Assembly (NCBI RefSeq): GCF_009914755.1
Contig: NC_060929.1
DNA length: 64,000 nt
Direction: 5' to 3' (one strand)
From: the human T2T-CHM13v2.0 reference genome, Homo sapiens
Part shown: one piece after another, positions 1 through 15,180 of the stretch
Numbering within the stretch: position 1 is the first letter of the stretch
How the letters are laid out: every line of letters begins with the position of its first letter
Program-made: the position numbers and the translations under genes
The notes under the pieces: model-generated
Told to the model about the DNA's origin: nothing
Databases searched by the model: none
Seen by the model: only the letters and a program-made list of their open reading frames with translations

Positions 1-143
1 GCCACCTAATTTTTTAATTTTTTTGTAGACACAGGGTCTCACTATATTGCCCTGGGTAGTCTTGAACTCCTGGCCTCAAGCAATCCTCCCACCTTGGCCT
101 CTCAAAGTGCTGGGATTATAGGTGTGAGACACTGCACCCAGCC
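1..143 (-). mobile_element. Alu left arm (AluJ/FLAM-like), cut by window edge
   Basis: Reverse-complement Alu motifs ctcaaagtgctgggattataggtgtgag...cccagcc. Confidence 0.9.
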
Positions 144-809
144 ATATTTTGTTTTGTTGTATACCATATCAATCTCTGATTTTGTTTAACATATATATTG
201 CTATTACTGATAGTTGATCTTTGCACAAAGGTACTTTGCTGCTATGAATGACAGGATGTTCTTTTGTATGAGAGAGCCTGTACAACAAATTACCCTTCAT
301 CTTGACCCATTAACATAGCTTTAAAATAAGACAGCTAAAGAAAAAATTGCTTTTTTTGAGATACATTGTTATAAAACATCAAAGAATAAGGAAAAGGCAA
401 ATCATCAGAAACTTTATAAGCAATTCCAGTTTGCTTTAGGTTTTATCTATGTGTATATGTAATACACAATTTAACAACTTCATTTAAGTAGTGTGTAACG
501 GAAAACATAATAAAATATGATACATGAACATTTTCTTACATATTGGATGACCAATGAATACTGCCTCACAGATTCAGGTTCTTGGTTCTGTTTGTTCCTA
601 TAAATAGAAACACGACCTTGTCCCCATTTTTACCCTAGCTATCCAAAGAAATGCCTACTACTGCTGTTTTTCACTATCATGACTTTTTAAAAAATTTTGT
701 ATCAACTAAAATTAAGGAATGAGAAAGAATATTATTGTATTAATAGTAAAAATAACAATGGTAGTAGTAAAAATAATAGTAGTAGAAATAACAATAACAA
801 GTAATGGTG

Positions 810-1000
810 GTTTTCATTTTTTGAGTGTCTAGAATGTATAGGCATTATAAAAAGCATATTTATATGTTATCTCATTATAATAATCCTATAAGGAAAATAT
901 TCCCATTTTATAGATTAGTAAAACTGAGGTTCATAGATATTAAATAACTTGCCCACAATCACAAGGCTAGTAAGGGTGGAATGGAAATTCAAACCAGTAC
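810..1000 (-). mobile_element. MIR SINE
   Basis: cccattttatagat...aaactgaggttcatag...aacttgcccacaatcaca, the MIR core in reverse. Confidence 0.75.
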
Positions 1001-1379
1001 TATCATCTTACCACTAGTAAGAACTCTGACTCCTACAAGTATATTCTGCGGTCAAAACAGGTTTTGCTTAATGGAAAATGTGATAGAAATATTAATTCTA
1101 ATTTGGGAAGAAAACCTCCGTCATAGATTTTGAATTAGCGATTATTCCACAAAATAGCTTAATTACTAAGAGAATCTGAATGAGCACTGTGACACATCAG
1201 GTTGCTGCTCAGAACAGAATTAACTTTGGCCTTCACTTCCTCCATCCTTTACCTGTAGTTGATAAGACAACTATTTTCACTTGAAATAAATTAGGTAGCA
1301 TTAATTTTTTTAAAGCATAATTGTAAATTTACTGATTTTAAATAATTTTTAAATGGCTAACATATGGTTTAGAATAGAC

Positions 1380-1960
1380 ACAAGGAAAAGGGCACTCATA
1401 AACACTGTACGTAAGAATATAAATTGACACAACTATTCTTCCTGAAAGGTAATCTGCCAATAGGTAGCAAATTTTAAAAGCAAATACCCTCCAGATCCCA
1501 AAATTTCACTTTCAGAATATGTTCTCAGGAAATAATTCCAAGAGTAAAAGAAAAAACAAATACCTGGCAAGGCAATAGAGAATTATTACAGGGATACTTA
1601 TAATACTGAAACATCAGAAACAACCTAAATATGAAACATAATTAATTGGTCATATAGACTATGATACATCAATACAATGGAAGACCAAAGTCGTTTTTTA
1701 AAATGATGGTATAATCTGTATTCCTTCACACAGAATAATGAGTAAGAGATAGTGTAAATAAGCATAAGCCAAAATAATAGAGCATAGCCATTTTTAATAT
1801 TAAAATACATACATTTATATCTGTACATACATGTATTAACAAGTCTGAAATGAAATTGACCAAATTATTAACAGATTATGTGTTTGAAAGAACTCTGTAA
1901 AAGTACACTTTTAAAAACACATTACTGTACTGTTTAAATTCCAATCAACAAGCATTACCT
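1380..1960 (+). mobile_element. Ancient L1M (L1ME-like) ORF2-end/3' fragment
   Basis: gggcactcataaacactg...aaattgacacaact...aatctgccaata resembles old L1 ORF2 C-terminus; boundaries approximate. Confidence 0.55.
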
Positions 1961-3694
1961 TTATTTTAAAAAAAAGGCTATTTTCATCTTTTTAAAAACA
2001 AAGGAAACAATCAAGATGCCTACCAAGATGTAACTACAATACTCATTACAGCATAATATAGAAAGCAAGAGAAAATTTTAAATATCAAATAAATTAATAT
2101 ATACATTATTTCCCAGCCATAAATAACTAATGTTCTATTTGATTATTTATCTTAGAATAAAGTTCAAAGTGTACTAATAAGTGAAGCCACATATAAAGAA
2201 TAACTTTTTTTAATAAAATACAACTTACATTTACACAGAAAAAAACTGAAAATATTCACTCAGGTACAAACAGTGACTGATTTTTGTATTTGGGTGGTGG
2301 AGTATGGGTAATCTGTGATTTCTGCCATTTGTACTTTACTGTGTTTTCCAAGGTTTCTTTAGTGAGAAGGTACTGATTTTGTAATTCGAAAAAGTAAAAC
2401 AAAGAAATAAAAGGATTCTCTACCCCTCATCTACTTACATTTGCAACAAGAAATATTCTATATTCAATAGTTCAAATAAAAACAATTCTGTTTAAATTAT
2501 GTTAGATGGCTAAAAATCACAAAAGTTCCTCTGAAATTGAATATTTATCAAAATGCAAAATATTATTCTATAAGTTAAATATTTAAGGTTTTTTAAAGGC
2601 AGGTGAATGTCTGTACATTAAGAGCTTTCTTTAAATAATTCTATTTGAGGGTAATTCAGGTCTTCCTAAGCATCACCAGGATTTTCTGGCATAATATTTC
2701 CTATACAAGATCACAGTTCTACAATTTGGAGCTCTCACAAAACATGTAAGACCTCCAAGTGGACTTCCGTCTTCAATATATGCAAAAGGACTGCAATGCT
2801 AAGAGAAAAGCACTATCATACTATCCACATATCCTGACCTTTAAAATATTACATAATCAATGGACAGTTCCTTTTCTACCCAAATATCTTGACCTCAATT
2901 ACTACATGTTTTTACTCTAAGAGCTGCTTTACTCGAAAAAAATGTTTTTAATCTTCTGTCCCAAATTTGGCCACACTATTTCTACTTAATGATCCCGTCA
3001 AGTTATCTGTATCTCAAAAAGTTTGATTATATCAGAAACTGCTCATTTAAACTGTGTAGCTAAATAAATAACCCAGCTGTGGATACAACATATATAATTT
3101 GAAATATTCTAGTAGATTACTTATATAACAATTATTTTCAATCAGAACTTTGAGATATTTTTTAAACTGTTTCAAGAAATAACTTAGAGCTAGCTACTCA
3201 AAATTAAGATTATGTATGTTAGGAAATCTGTTTAAAAACTGCAGGGCCCTTCTCTTATTGCCATATTAGACAATCATTACACCACTACTTAAGCATCGTA
3301 ATATGGAATGTAAGTTTCTTTTATTTTAAATCAAAGGCAATATGTGACTTGTCAGGGTTCCTTCTTTACACATGTCCTACATATGAATTGCCTCCAGCCC
3401 AACACCGAAAGTCCACAGACAATTTTACTTCACTACCTGCTGTTGCCAGTTGAGATTTAATCTCCTCTCAGCATTCCCTCTGCCAAAATGCCAGCAAACT
3501 TCTTCAGAAAACTACAGCCACTGCCATTCTTGCTTCTAATAGACAACAATTCATGACCAATTCAACACAAATAAAATTTGGGGCTGAAGGAGAAAAGGGA
3601 ATGAGGGAAAAGTAAGTGTCACTGAAATCACTGCATTCTACCTTCAGTTCCCCACTGCAGAAAAGTCAACCTACCTAGCCTTCTCTCACCTACC

Positions 3695-4053
<359 letters not shown>

Positions 4054-7000
4054 TAATATGCTCCAAGGAAGTCTGAGTATTCTTCCAAATGTACAATACA
4101 TTATTTTGGGTCTCTGAAATCCCAAAGATCCACCACTGGTATCTCTCCTTGGACTGAGTCTTCCCTAAGAGTCTTTTTATTTCATCTCCACATCCCCATT
4201 TGCCATTCTGCATAAGCTCATGGAGAATCTAAAAAAAAGATAGATTTGCTCTGATGACAGGAAAAGAGAAAAAAACATTAACATTGTTTTGTGTCTTGTT
4301 AGTTGAAGAAGAAAGAGCTCTTAGTCAGAAAGAGAATGCATAATAACAAACGGCTTATAATGAACCAATGAAAGAGAAGAAGAGAGATAATGGCCCAGTG
4401 CCAGGAAATGCTGCAAGCGTTCTAGGTACTTATGTAAGAAGAGTTCTAGTTAGTCCCTTTAGCTTTCAAACTATTATAGAAAACCTATTCTCCAGACCCT
4501 GACCCCATCTCCTGTAGCTTCAGCTAGCATACAGCTTGATACTCTGTCCAGGTCATTGAAGCTACCGTCAGAAGACAGAAATGTGTCTTTGAGACACATT
4601 TCCAGGACTCAAAAAGATATTTTTTTCTATAAAAACATTCTTATAAAAGGTGGCTAGGTCTCATAATACATACCACCAGCATCACAGCTTATGTAAAAGG
4701 CTATTGCAGAACAGATTAGGAGCCCATTACATAAAACATTCCTAGAAAGAATAAGCATCCCTAGTCTCTCTCAACTCCCATAAAAAACACAATTTTTAAA
4801 AAATTAACTCGTAGAATGTTGCTCATTTGTATTTCATGAACTACCCTATACTTCTAATTTCCATGTAGAAAGCAATTTCCTTTCTCTGTTAAAAAAAAAT
4901 GAATCTCTTTTTTCTAAACTTACATATCCTGAGTAGCAGATTGCTTGACTGTAGCAGTCCAAGCCATTGCTGGAAGGCAGCCCCAATAGTAGGGAGAGTA
5001 ATTTCACACATATCTTCTATTTAAGCAGCCACACATGTTATGACACTGCCCAGATGCCAAAGTATGAGTAAAAAAACTTTTATAAACCTAAGTTACACTT
5101 GAAAAGCACCTTAAAACCAAAGGAAAAAAAAAACCCTGCTATTCTAATTTTAAATGTTACTTCCAAGACAAGGTAATACTATAGTAAAAATAAAATTTCC
5201 ACCCTTAAAAACACAACTATGTAAATTTTTCATTACTTTAAGGACATACAAAGAAATGAGTCTCACTCTATTATTGTCCATAGGGCCAATTTAGTTATTC
5301 TATGTAACATATTCACAAATGTATATATTTCTTCCAGGCCCTCTAATTAAATTACTCCAATACCGATAATTTCTAAGTTATCAGCATAATCATTTCAGCA
5401 GTTAAAATATGATAAGCTAATAACAGAGACTCTGACTTCCTATTTTTAGGTTAGACTGAAGTTATTCATATGAAATAAAATGAATTTAATCAATTACAAA
5501 TTCCAACTGATAATTACCATCATGTTTTTAAATAAAGGGAAATAATTTCACAAATAATCAAATGTTAGTTACTAAAAATCTGACTGTCCAATGTTCAAGC
5601 AGCTTTTATTTCTCCTTCTAACTTCTGCTCTTGGGTCATCTTTACTGCTTAGCCATCGAAGAAATAACATACTTATAAGAAGAGATGATAAAGTAGAGAT
5701 TCATCTAATACAGGTTTCTACCTGATGAATGACCTTTCCAACCATATTGAAGTACAGACAATCCATTCTATTCAGAGAAGTACCAGTGATCACAACTTCT
5801 CTGGAAGAAGCCTATCTACCACTTATAGTTACATCCAACCTTGGACACCTGGATTGGATAAACATCCTCTAGGAGCAGACTTCAATTTTAAAACAACAGC
5901 CCAAGCTGTCTTCAAAAAGCAGACACTTAAGGCCATTTAATTTCATCTCTACCTTCTGCCATGTAAGAAGTCCACCACTGTGTTGGTGAGGGAAGAATTA
6001 AAACAGACAGACCTAGTTCTGTCATTCATTTACAGCAAGCCAACAACTGTAAAATATGCCCTTAGTAGCTATATTAAACTATTCTCATTAACATTTCAGT
6101 AAGAGTTGGATAGTGGCAAAAGAAGAATTATCACAGGCTGGTACCAGGTTTAAAGATTTTTCTTTCAATTATTTACATTTATATATTATGATATTCTATT
6201 GTCTATTATTCTTCAACCCATTATTAAGATATGGATTACTGTTTCATTCAACAGCCTGAGTGACAAGGAGTACCACATATATGAAAGAAGGAAAATATCT
6301 GTACGTTGTAGTCATTTAATGCACATCAGTTCTAGTCCCAAAGCATATCTAAAAAACATTTTTGAACAATTAATACAGTATTCTATTTATTTTACTATAT
6401 AAGGTTTACATGGCAAAAAGAAAGAACCTGATAAAACAAATCTAAAAATAAAATTCTTACTAATATGAATCTTTAGTTACCATACAGAAAAATGTAGACT
6501 TTCATGATAAAAATTGAAGATGATGGGAGATATTATATTTGGTGGCAAAATGTTAAACATTATTAAATCTGGGTAAAAGGTAAATAGGAGTTCTTTGTGC
6601 TATTTTTGCAACATTTCTATTTTCTATTACTTCAAAATTAAACAAAATTTAAACTCAAATCTGCAAGAAAGATCATATTTAAAACATTTTAATACTACCA
6701 ATATTTAATAAGCAATCATGGAGCCTTAAATGCTAACATATTTTCACATTCTTCTGAATATATTTTCTCTTGAACTGTGATAAAAGAAAAAAAGGCATCT
6801 AGCAACTGAAATACGCTCTTAAAAACAATCATGGTCTTCACATTGTTGGCCAATATTGAAATGGCATAATCAAAAAGTCTTTAAATTATATTTACAAAGA
6901 CTAGATATATAAGAAAAAAGTAATTCTGTGAAAACATAAAATTCCTAAGACTATCCCATAAGTCAGTTTAGAAAACAAGTACAATAAGAGAAATAATTTA

Positions 7001-9884
7001 TAACTTAACATTTCATTCATATGGTTGCCATATGCTGTGTTCCAAATGCCTTTATTCACTTTAACTCTAAATTTTGTATTTAGCCTGAATATTTCTTCTT
7101 CCATGTTATAAATTTAATTCAGATTAATACTGCGTTCAAAAGTTAGTCTGTACTACCTAGAAATTAGGCCAAAAAAATAAGAACAACCAGAAAAAAAAAT
7201 CAAAGTGTCTGAAATTACTACTTCTAAGAGTGATGATGAATTTATTTCATTTCATTATTTTAAAATCAGGCAAGAAAGTTATTAAAGTCCTAAGATTTAT
7301 ACTACTACTATCCTATGTTTATATAACATTTTATAATTTATAAATTACTTCAAAATCTATAGTCTTATTTTAGTCCTACAAAACACTGCAGACTAGGTTA
7401 AGACAGGTATCATAATACTAATTTAGTAGGTAAGTTTTATGTCTGTTGTATTATTAAAGATCATTTATTGTCTTATTTTCAAATTTAAAATTTTTTTCCA
7501 TTTTTATTTACAATTTTATGTAAATTCTAAACAACAAACACCATTATTTTCACTATGAGAACTGTCTTCTAAAAATCAATCAAGAATGATAGATTAATCA
7601 TTTTTAGAATAAATTACCAGAGTTTAAAAAAGTACAACCTCATTAGAAAATAAAGACAATCAAAACTCAGGAAAAAACATATAAATTTGGTCACTTTATT
7701 ACTGAAGTAAAAAGGTAATTTAAAAAATCAAAAAAGGAATTCTCATTTATCTTTTTAAAATCTATTAGATCTATGAAATCCAGAGAAGAAGATGGAAAGA
7801 AAATCAGCTTTAGTAACATATTCTGTTTTACTTTTTCTGAGTTATTTAACATACAAATAGTAACATCATCAAGATTCTTCCATTTATAATTTAATATTTT
7901 GTGCTTTTAAGCGACAAGATGAAAATGTGTAATTTACGGATAAATTTAGTGAAAGTGCAATCAATACATTATTTATTAAAGAGTAAATAATTACATTATA
8001 TTTCAAAATATTTGTGTCAATAAAGTAACACATTAAAAATTACCCCAAGCTTTATAATTTTAACCCAATCTGATAATATATTTCTGTCACTGTTATTTCT
8101 AATTATAATACAACCAAGAGAATTTATTCTCTTCCAAAAAAATGAACCTTGTTAAAAAAAAAGAGAGAAAAAAAATCCTTTAAGCAACAAAGCATCAACC
8201 ATATGCTTATTTAACTTCAGCACCATAGTCTCTCATAAAAACACAAAGAATTCCCAAACAAAACAACTGAAATTAGGCTTGCTAATCAAAATCATTTAAT
8301 AATTCAATTAGGATATAAATCTAATTTTTTCAATCATTTAAAATACATAAAATATTTAAAGACCAATTAACATGTCATAAGTCTATAAAATACTTCAGAA
8401 CTGATAATGTTAAGAAAAATCATCTTTGATGCATAAAATAAACCCTCTATGTAAACAGCTATCATTTTTAGACATTCCAAAATGGGCACAAAACATAATT
8501 GGAGTCTGACTAAAATGCTGCCCTGCAAATGCACATACCTTGATGATGAGGCTATCTCCTGACATCTATTAAACAAAGGTCTTCAGTAATAAAATCTCTT
8601 TGAATGAGGCCCACACAGAACTATCCTGAACAGTATGTATTATGATACATGAAAAACTGTATATTATGAAATCTAATAAAACTCTACCCTTAAGAAAGAT
8701 TAAGACTTTTAGTAGAATCCATGCTTGCTTGCATGACCCTCTAAAACTTCAAAGGAGAAAAAAAAACAGTGACAAACTGTTATTAAAATACTTTGCTAGA
8801 CAAATATATCTTTAAAAGATCAACAATGGAAGAATTCAATGTGAACTATAAACCATTTTTATACGGCAATATCAATTTTAAATTCTAAGTTCTTATGAAA
8901 TTACTCCTACAACTATAAATTACTTCTGTTCTAGATTAAATATTAAACCTAAAAGACACTTAATTTATGATTAATAAAATCCTCTTTTAAAACACAAGTG
9001 CTAGCCAACATTGTACAGAACCTTAACACGGCAGGCACTCAAAAGTATATCATATAAATAATAGCTATCTTCAAACATGAACTCTAAAATTTTTAACATT
9101 AAAATATCAAAACACTGAAGAGCATTTTTAAATTCAGAAGACAAAACTTATTTCCTTTTTTTAACGATGTCTATTCATTATTATACTAACTAGATTCAAT
9201 ATAGTTTTAGCCTTATGAAATAGTCATTTTTAAACAGTATAATAATGTTCTAAAAACAATAAGCAAGTCATGAACCAGATAACAGCATACTAAAATAAAC
9301 CTTAAAATAAATAATATATATGGGAAATTATACTGTTGATTTTTTTTTAGAGATCAGTAATCACTAAATCACATCAAAGTATTAAACAACTGGAAACTTT
9401 GTAAGTTATTATACATCCAGTTAATTACATGAAATATAAGTTTTAACATCGAACCAATAAAATATTATCTACTATACCTTTTTATACAATTAACTGTGTA
9501 TTTATCAATCTGTATATTTATCACATTTAAAGTTATTTATAATAATTTCAAAGTCTATTCATGTAAAAACTGTACATAAAGGTCTCAATTTCTAGTTCTG
9601 AGTTATACCACTATCAAATCCCAACAGGTACTAATTAAGGAGAAGAGATGCAAAGCTAAATCTTAGCTTTCTTCTGTATTATGTTTTCCACTACAAGGTT
9701 TTATAAAACATGTAAAGTTAACAAATCGGTTCCCCCAAAATCAAACCCATATATATTCATTTGTTAATGTCATATACATAAAATCTTCCTCATAACTTTT
9801 TAATTTCTAACATAAAGAACACTTTATTAAAAGTTACAATAAATTACTGAGTTTTGTTTTTTGTTTTTTGTTTTTTTTTTTAAC

Positions 9885-10045
9885 TAGAAAAGATCTGTAA
9901 TAGTCCCAACACAAAGAAAAGACAAAAGTTTGAGGGGATGCATATCCCAACTACCCTGATTTGATCATTACACATTGCATGCAGGTATCAAAAAAACCAC
10001 ATGTACCTGAAAAATATGTACAACTACTATACATCGACTGAAAAA
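9885..10045 (+). mobile_element. L1MA-type 3' UTR end
   Basis: gtttgaggggatgcatatcccaactaccctgatttgatcattacacattg...aatatgtacaactactat. Confidence 0.8.
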
Positions 10046-13000
10046 TTTTTGGAGATTTTTAAAAATAGTATTATTAATTATCACTATTTTTGTATAAATT
10101 AATAATCTGCTAAAAATACTCTGTTATGGTATAAAAATTAGGATATAATACACTAAAGGTTAACTACGTAAGTACAATAAAAAAAAATTTCAAACATCTT
10201 AATATGCCAAATTCATGAAAAAGTTATACCAATAAGCATAACCTAAGTATAGCCATATTACAAATATTATCTTAAAACAATATGATTAAATATCTATCCC
10301 AAGACCTACATAGAATTTCTGCAGTCAAATGGAACAGTATTCTTTAGTGTAAAAGTATTAATGTAAATGCAAAAGGATTTAAAATCATACATAATGAATC
10401 AATCATTCACTATGTATCTGCAAATAAATAATCAAATGAAGCTACTATTTTTATTAGAATTCATATTTGCTAACATAAAAGCTTTACAGATAATTAAATA
10501 ATTACAAAATTATATACAGTTCTGGCCCAAAATGACTTTTATGAAACAGATCACAAAAATATTCCAATGCCTGTATTTAATGTAAAATAATACGCTGATA
10601 GCTAAAAAAAACTATAAACATTTTTCCTTCCAAAGAAATCAACATTATGTTTCCTAATATAAAAGGAGAAAAAAACCCATGTGCACAACAAAGATGCCTT
10701 GTATTCTTAATCATCGACAGCCAGTTTATCAACAAATTAGTAATGAGCTATACCCAGCATACTGTACTCAGTAACAGAACAATAATACACCCAGTAACTT
10801 AGTGCCTTATGCATTTGTTTTTTACCTTTGCTATGTCTTCAGCAAAACAATCAGTAAGATACACAGATAAGTATTTACTGACCTCCTATTACATACTTTA
10901 CACTGTGCTAATATGTTACTATATTTATAATTATTTCTATTTTGATTTCCAAATAAATCCCAAATAATCCAATACTGTTAAAAAACATGTATACAGGAAA
11001 AAAAAGTTCCTCAACAACCAATATACATAAAATCCTTGAAATTTTGAGAGGGAAGTGAAAACTAGTTTTAAAGGCTAATAGCATTTAATATCTTTCACTA
11101 TTTGTATATAATTTCAAATATGGGATATATTTTGATTCTCTCTCATCAAAACTGTATTTCATTAAGCATTTCTGGCACTCCGTGCAATCATAAATAGGAA
11201 ACAGAAAACTAGCCTAATTTTACAGGATTAAGAGCCAGAATTTGAGTACCTAGAATTAACAGCATGTAATGACACAATATGATGCTCTCAGATAGTGAAA
11301 TGTTTAATATTTCCATCTATGGTATTAAAAATTATAAGTCAAACAAGTGATGGTTATGAAAACAACTGCCTAGCCTCTATTATATTTATAAAGGGATAAC
11401 TGCAATCAATATTTTAAAAGCTCTGTTAACTTTACAGTTTTAAAAATCATAGTGAAAATGAAATATTGATTTAAAAAAATAAGTCATAACACATCCCAAA
11501 TCAAGGCCAAACCCAACCATGACTGACTATGACTGAGTTCACACATGGAGCATTCTGCTTTGTCTACTCCCCTGAAAGACACAAGGTGAGGACACACGGC
11601 ACTGCCTTCCAATTGTTTTATTCTACCCAAACAGGCAATGACAACAAAATTATTTTAAATAAGCCATTCCACTTAAACTTATTTATCTTCTGTGTAATAG
11701 TGTTAAAATTATAGAAGAAATCTAGTTCTTGAAACTGATCATTCCAGTGCAGAATGGGAAAATTAACATGAGAGAAAAGCAAAATACCAAGTCATTCCCA
11801 TTAAAACAGCATTAATTATGTACCATCTGAAATTTTTCTGGATGTGAAAATTATCTGTGTGGCATTACAACTACAGCAAAAGTTAAATATCTTATTTCTT
11901 GAATTAAAGCATTTGTAATTTGGTTGGGACAAGTAACTATCATTAGGGAGAGGTTATACCTAATGAATTTTAACTATGCACTGTAATGCAAATGCATTAA
12001 CAAAAAAACAATATTTTTCAACAGAATTTACTTTATAAAACATTTGAAATAATATGAAGATTTTAATATTTTCCTATCAGTTAAAATACTACTTTCAAGA
12101 TAATTTAAAAATTTTATTTTTGAATAAACACAAACTAATTTTGAAAATAATTATATGTAACCCTAGGAATCGTTTATTTTAAATGAACAAAAATCTAAAA
12201 GTTATTATTTTAACTGGAGAAAATTATCTCTCAGAAAAAAATAAAATGACATTTTTGATAACTTTCACTTTTTCAATTTAACAATTTATTTTTAACTATA
12301 TAACTTCTATTAATATTACTATAAAAACTAGGATAATTACCTCTATAATTCAGGCTAGATACCACCAAAAAGTCAGCAGCAATCTTTTTTCTCAAATATG
12401 TGTATTTGAGAAGTGTGCAGTGAAAAATAAACTTATCAAAATATGAGGTGAAACTGTTTACTAGGGTCCCGAAATGACTACTTGCCTCGAATATTACTTA
12501 CACATCATGAAAAATTACTCAATTTTGAAATTTTAAACAAATCTATTCTCTTACCTCAAAAAACATTTTCTAAGATGATGAGGTCCTCCTTTAGAACATT
12601 TAGCATTACAAACTTCTCTCTCCTTGCTAGCTAGAAATTATTTCACCACTCTAAAATTATCATGTTTTCCTTTTCTTTTACCTTTAGCTTTGTTCCTTTC
12701 CTTACCTTTTCTTTTACGCCCTTCTTTGTTTTTGTCTTTTCATATTTCATTCTTTCTTTAAGCCAGCAGCATACAGACCCAAAGTGGCCTATGTCACTAG
12801 GTCTGGTATAGCTATAAAAAAATAAATTCTTACTATTTTTAAGGGAAGAAAAACAAGCCAGTAATCATCTGGGAGAGCATGAGGGGATTTTAACCCACCA
12901 GACAAGCCTGTCCAATAAAACTCAGACTTGAATCAAGTGATTGTAACTTCTCAAGCAAATACATACAGCTCTTGGAAAGCATCCAAAAAAAAATTTTTTT

Positions 13001-14259
13001 TTGGTCTCTTCTGTCTAGAAAAGAGAACTAAAAAAATTGGACTATAATAATTCAATCCCTTTTACAAGTCTATTTAACATGAAAATGTTTTAAATGAAAT
13101 TTTTACAAGTTAGGACTTTAAATGTTTTGAGAATTTTACATTTTATTTAAACATTTAAATCTGAGGGAAGGCTCAACTCTGTTTTCTACTTCCCACAATG
13201 TTTGCTCCAATTAGATATCAGTTACTAAATACGTAATTGCTAGATTTGTTAAGAACAAAAACCCTCATTTTTACAATTAAGAAAATAACCAAAGTAATTC
13301 TGTAAGCCTCTAAAAACTTCATTTTCAGCATATTATCATATTTAAGTAGGTTATCTTCGAACAGGGTTTTCTTAAAACAAATTCGCTTTGTAACAATTTA
13401 TAGATAATGCTGATTTTAATTGGAAAAATCACGCAAATTTGTTTAAAGAAAAAGCACGTTTAATGCCTATCTGCGAACCAAACTTTATGCCAAATATCCG
13501 AAGTTAAATAAATAATTACCAACTAGTACACCTAGGAGAGGTGCTCTAAGAGTATGTATTCCACAATATATTTAGTAACAGCAATCTTCATGTTGCCTAA
13601 CCATAGATGCTTATATGAAATTATTTTTTTCTGATAATTTTCACATCCAATATAACTGCTGATGCTCGTAAGAAATTATTACTACTATTACCTATTATAT
13701 GTCACACATGCACTTATTGCTGTAGTATGTTCAAATCCAAGCAAATGTTCACATTTAACATCCTTAATTACTGAGTATATAATAATATTACAATATTGAA
13801 TTGGAAGAAACTGAGTATCAAAGTGTCTATGGGTAGAGGTAAATTCACAACTCTAAAATATTTATTCTGCTGCTTCTTTGAGGTCAGAAGAGTAGAGAAA
13901 ACGACTTCTTTCCAAGTACTGACCAAATCAAGTACATGTCTTTTATTTGTGCAGGTATGAAAAAATGGCCAGAAGATCTTTCCATACTGTTTCACATGAA
14001 AAAAAATGGCCACTGATTTATAGAACAGTAGACTGGCATAGAATGCTATTCTCTTAAAGAATCTGCACACTATTGTCCTGAACATGCTCCAATGTCCCTG
14101 GACACATGCCATATTGTGAAATTTACATTGCTACTGCTCTATTACCTGTGGATATTCCATTCCATTCAAAAAGTGCTGTTTTGACTTTCTAACTATAACT
14201 CAAAACTCAGAAGCCAAAAAACAAAAAAGTGGTAAATGTAAATAAATTTTAAAAAAAAA

Positions 14260-15180
14260 ACAAGAAAAAACTTCTGCATGTCAAAAATGCTATGTAGGCA
14301 AAGCCTAAAACTAAATGACAAACAAGAAAAAAAATTATAACTCCAATCACATATGAAGAACTAATATCTTTAATTTATAAAAAGTGCCTAGGAAGGTAGA
14401 AGAAAAAGATTAGCAACTCAGTAGAAAAATGAGCCAAGGACACAGTTACAGAAAAAGAAACCCAAACGGTTTTTAAACATACCATTCCCAAACAGATTCA
14501 TAATAAGAGAAACGCAAATTAAAACCAACTCAGATACCACTTCTTGACTGTCAAAATGGCAAAAAATTGAATAGCTTAACAACACACCACTGGCAAGAGT
14601 GTGGGAAACAAGCACTCTCAATCCACTGCATATAGGAATGCAAAATGGCATAATCTCTAAGGAAGGCAATCTGGCAATATCTACGAAAATCACAGGGGCC
14701 TGTACACTCTGACTCAGCAATCCCATCCTGAGACTGTCTCCTACAAATACACCTAAATTTGTACAGTATATTTATAAATGACATAATTTATTTAATTGCA
14801 AAACAGTGGCATATCCTAAGTGTCTAGCAATCAAATGGCTACTGATTGAAAGAATTAAGCTACCTCCCAATTCTAGACAACACTTTCAGAGGAGAAAAAA
14901 AGGGAACAATCTTATGAACCAATTATGAAAGACCTGTTAAGTGCGGGGGAAAAAAGTGTGATGTACATACTAATCTAACTTTTATGTAAATATCATCCTG
15001 TTCTTTGTGTAAATACTAGCTACTCTTTGTATAAGAAAAGAATAATATAAGAATTTTTTTCATATTTTCATAAACACTAATTATACATAGAGAGCAGTGG
15101 AGAAGATGGTGATTGATGGGAGCAAGACTTCCTGGTTTGTATTTTTGAAAATAATTACATTTTTGAACCACAACGCTTTC
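14260..15180 (+). mobile_element. Old L1M (L1ME-like) ORF2 C-terminal/3' fragment
   Basis: aacttctgcatgtcaaaa...gcaaattaaaaccaac...gtgggaaacaagcactc...ctcagcaatccca. Confidence 0.7.

Noticed and set aside
3430-3545. Purine-rich exon-like stretch ending CAG|gtagtg on the minus strand
   Set aside because: Both splice sites are weak
5950-6000. Possible 25-nt exon (ccctcaccaacacag|TGG...AAG|gtagag)
   Set aside because: Weak donor and no other support
12553-12632. Possible 76-nt cryptic exon with strong donor GAG|gtaaga
   Set aside because: Acceptor (gaaataatttctag) lacks a real pyrimidine tract
13768-14112. 114-aa minus-strand ORF and other short hydrophobic ORFs (20860, 28212, 52954, 54343)
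   Set aside because: Composition expected from AT-rich intron or decayed L1; no recognisable domain or supporting splice structure
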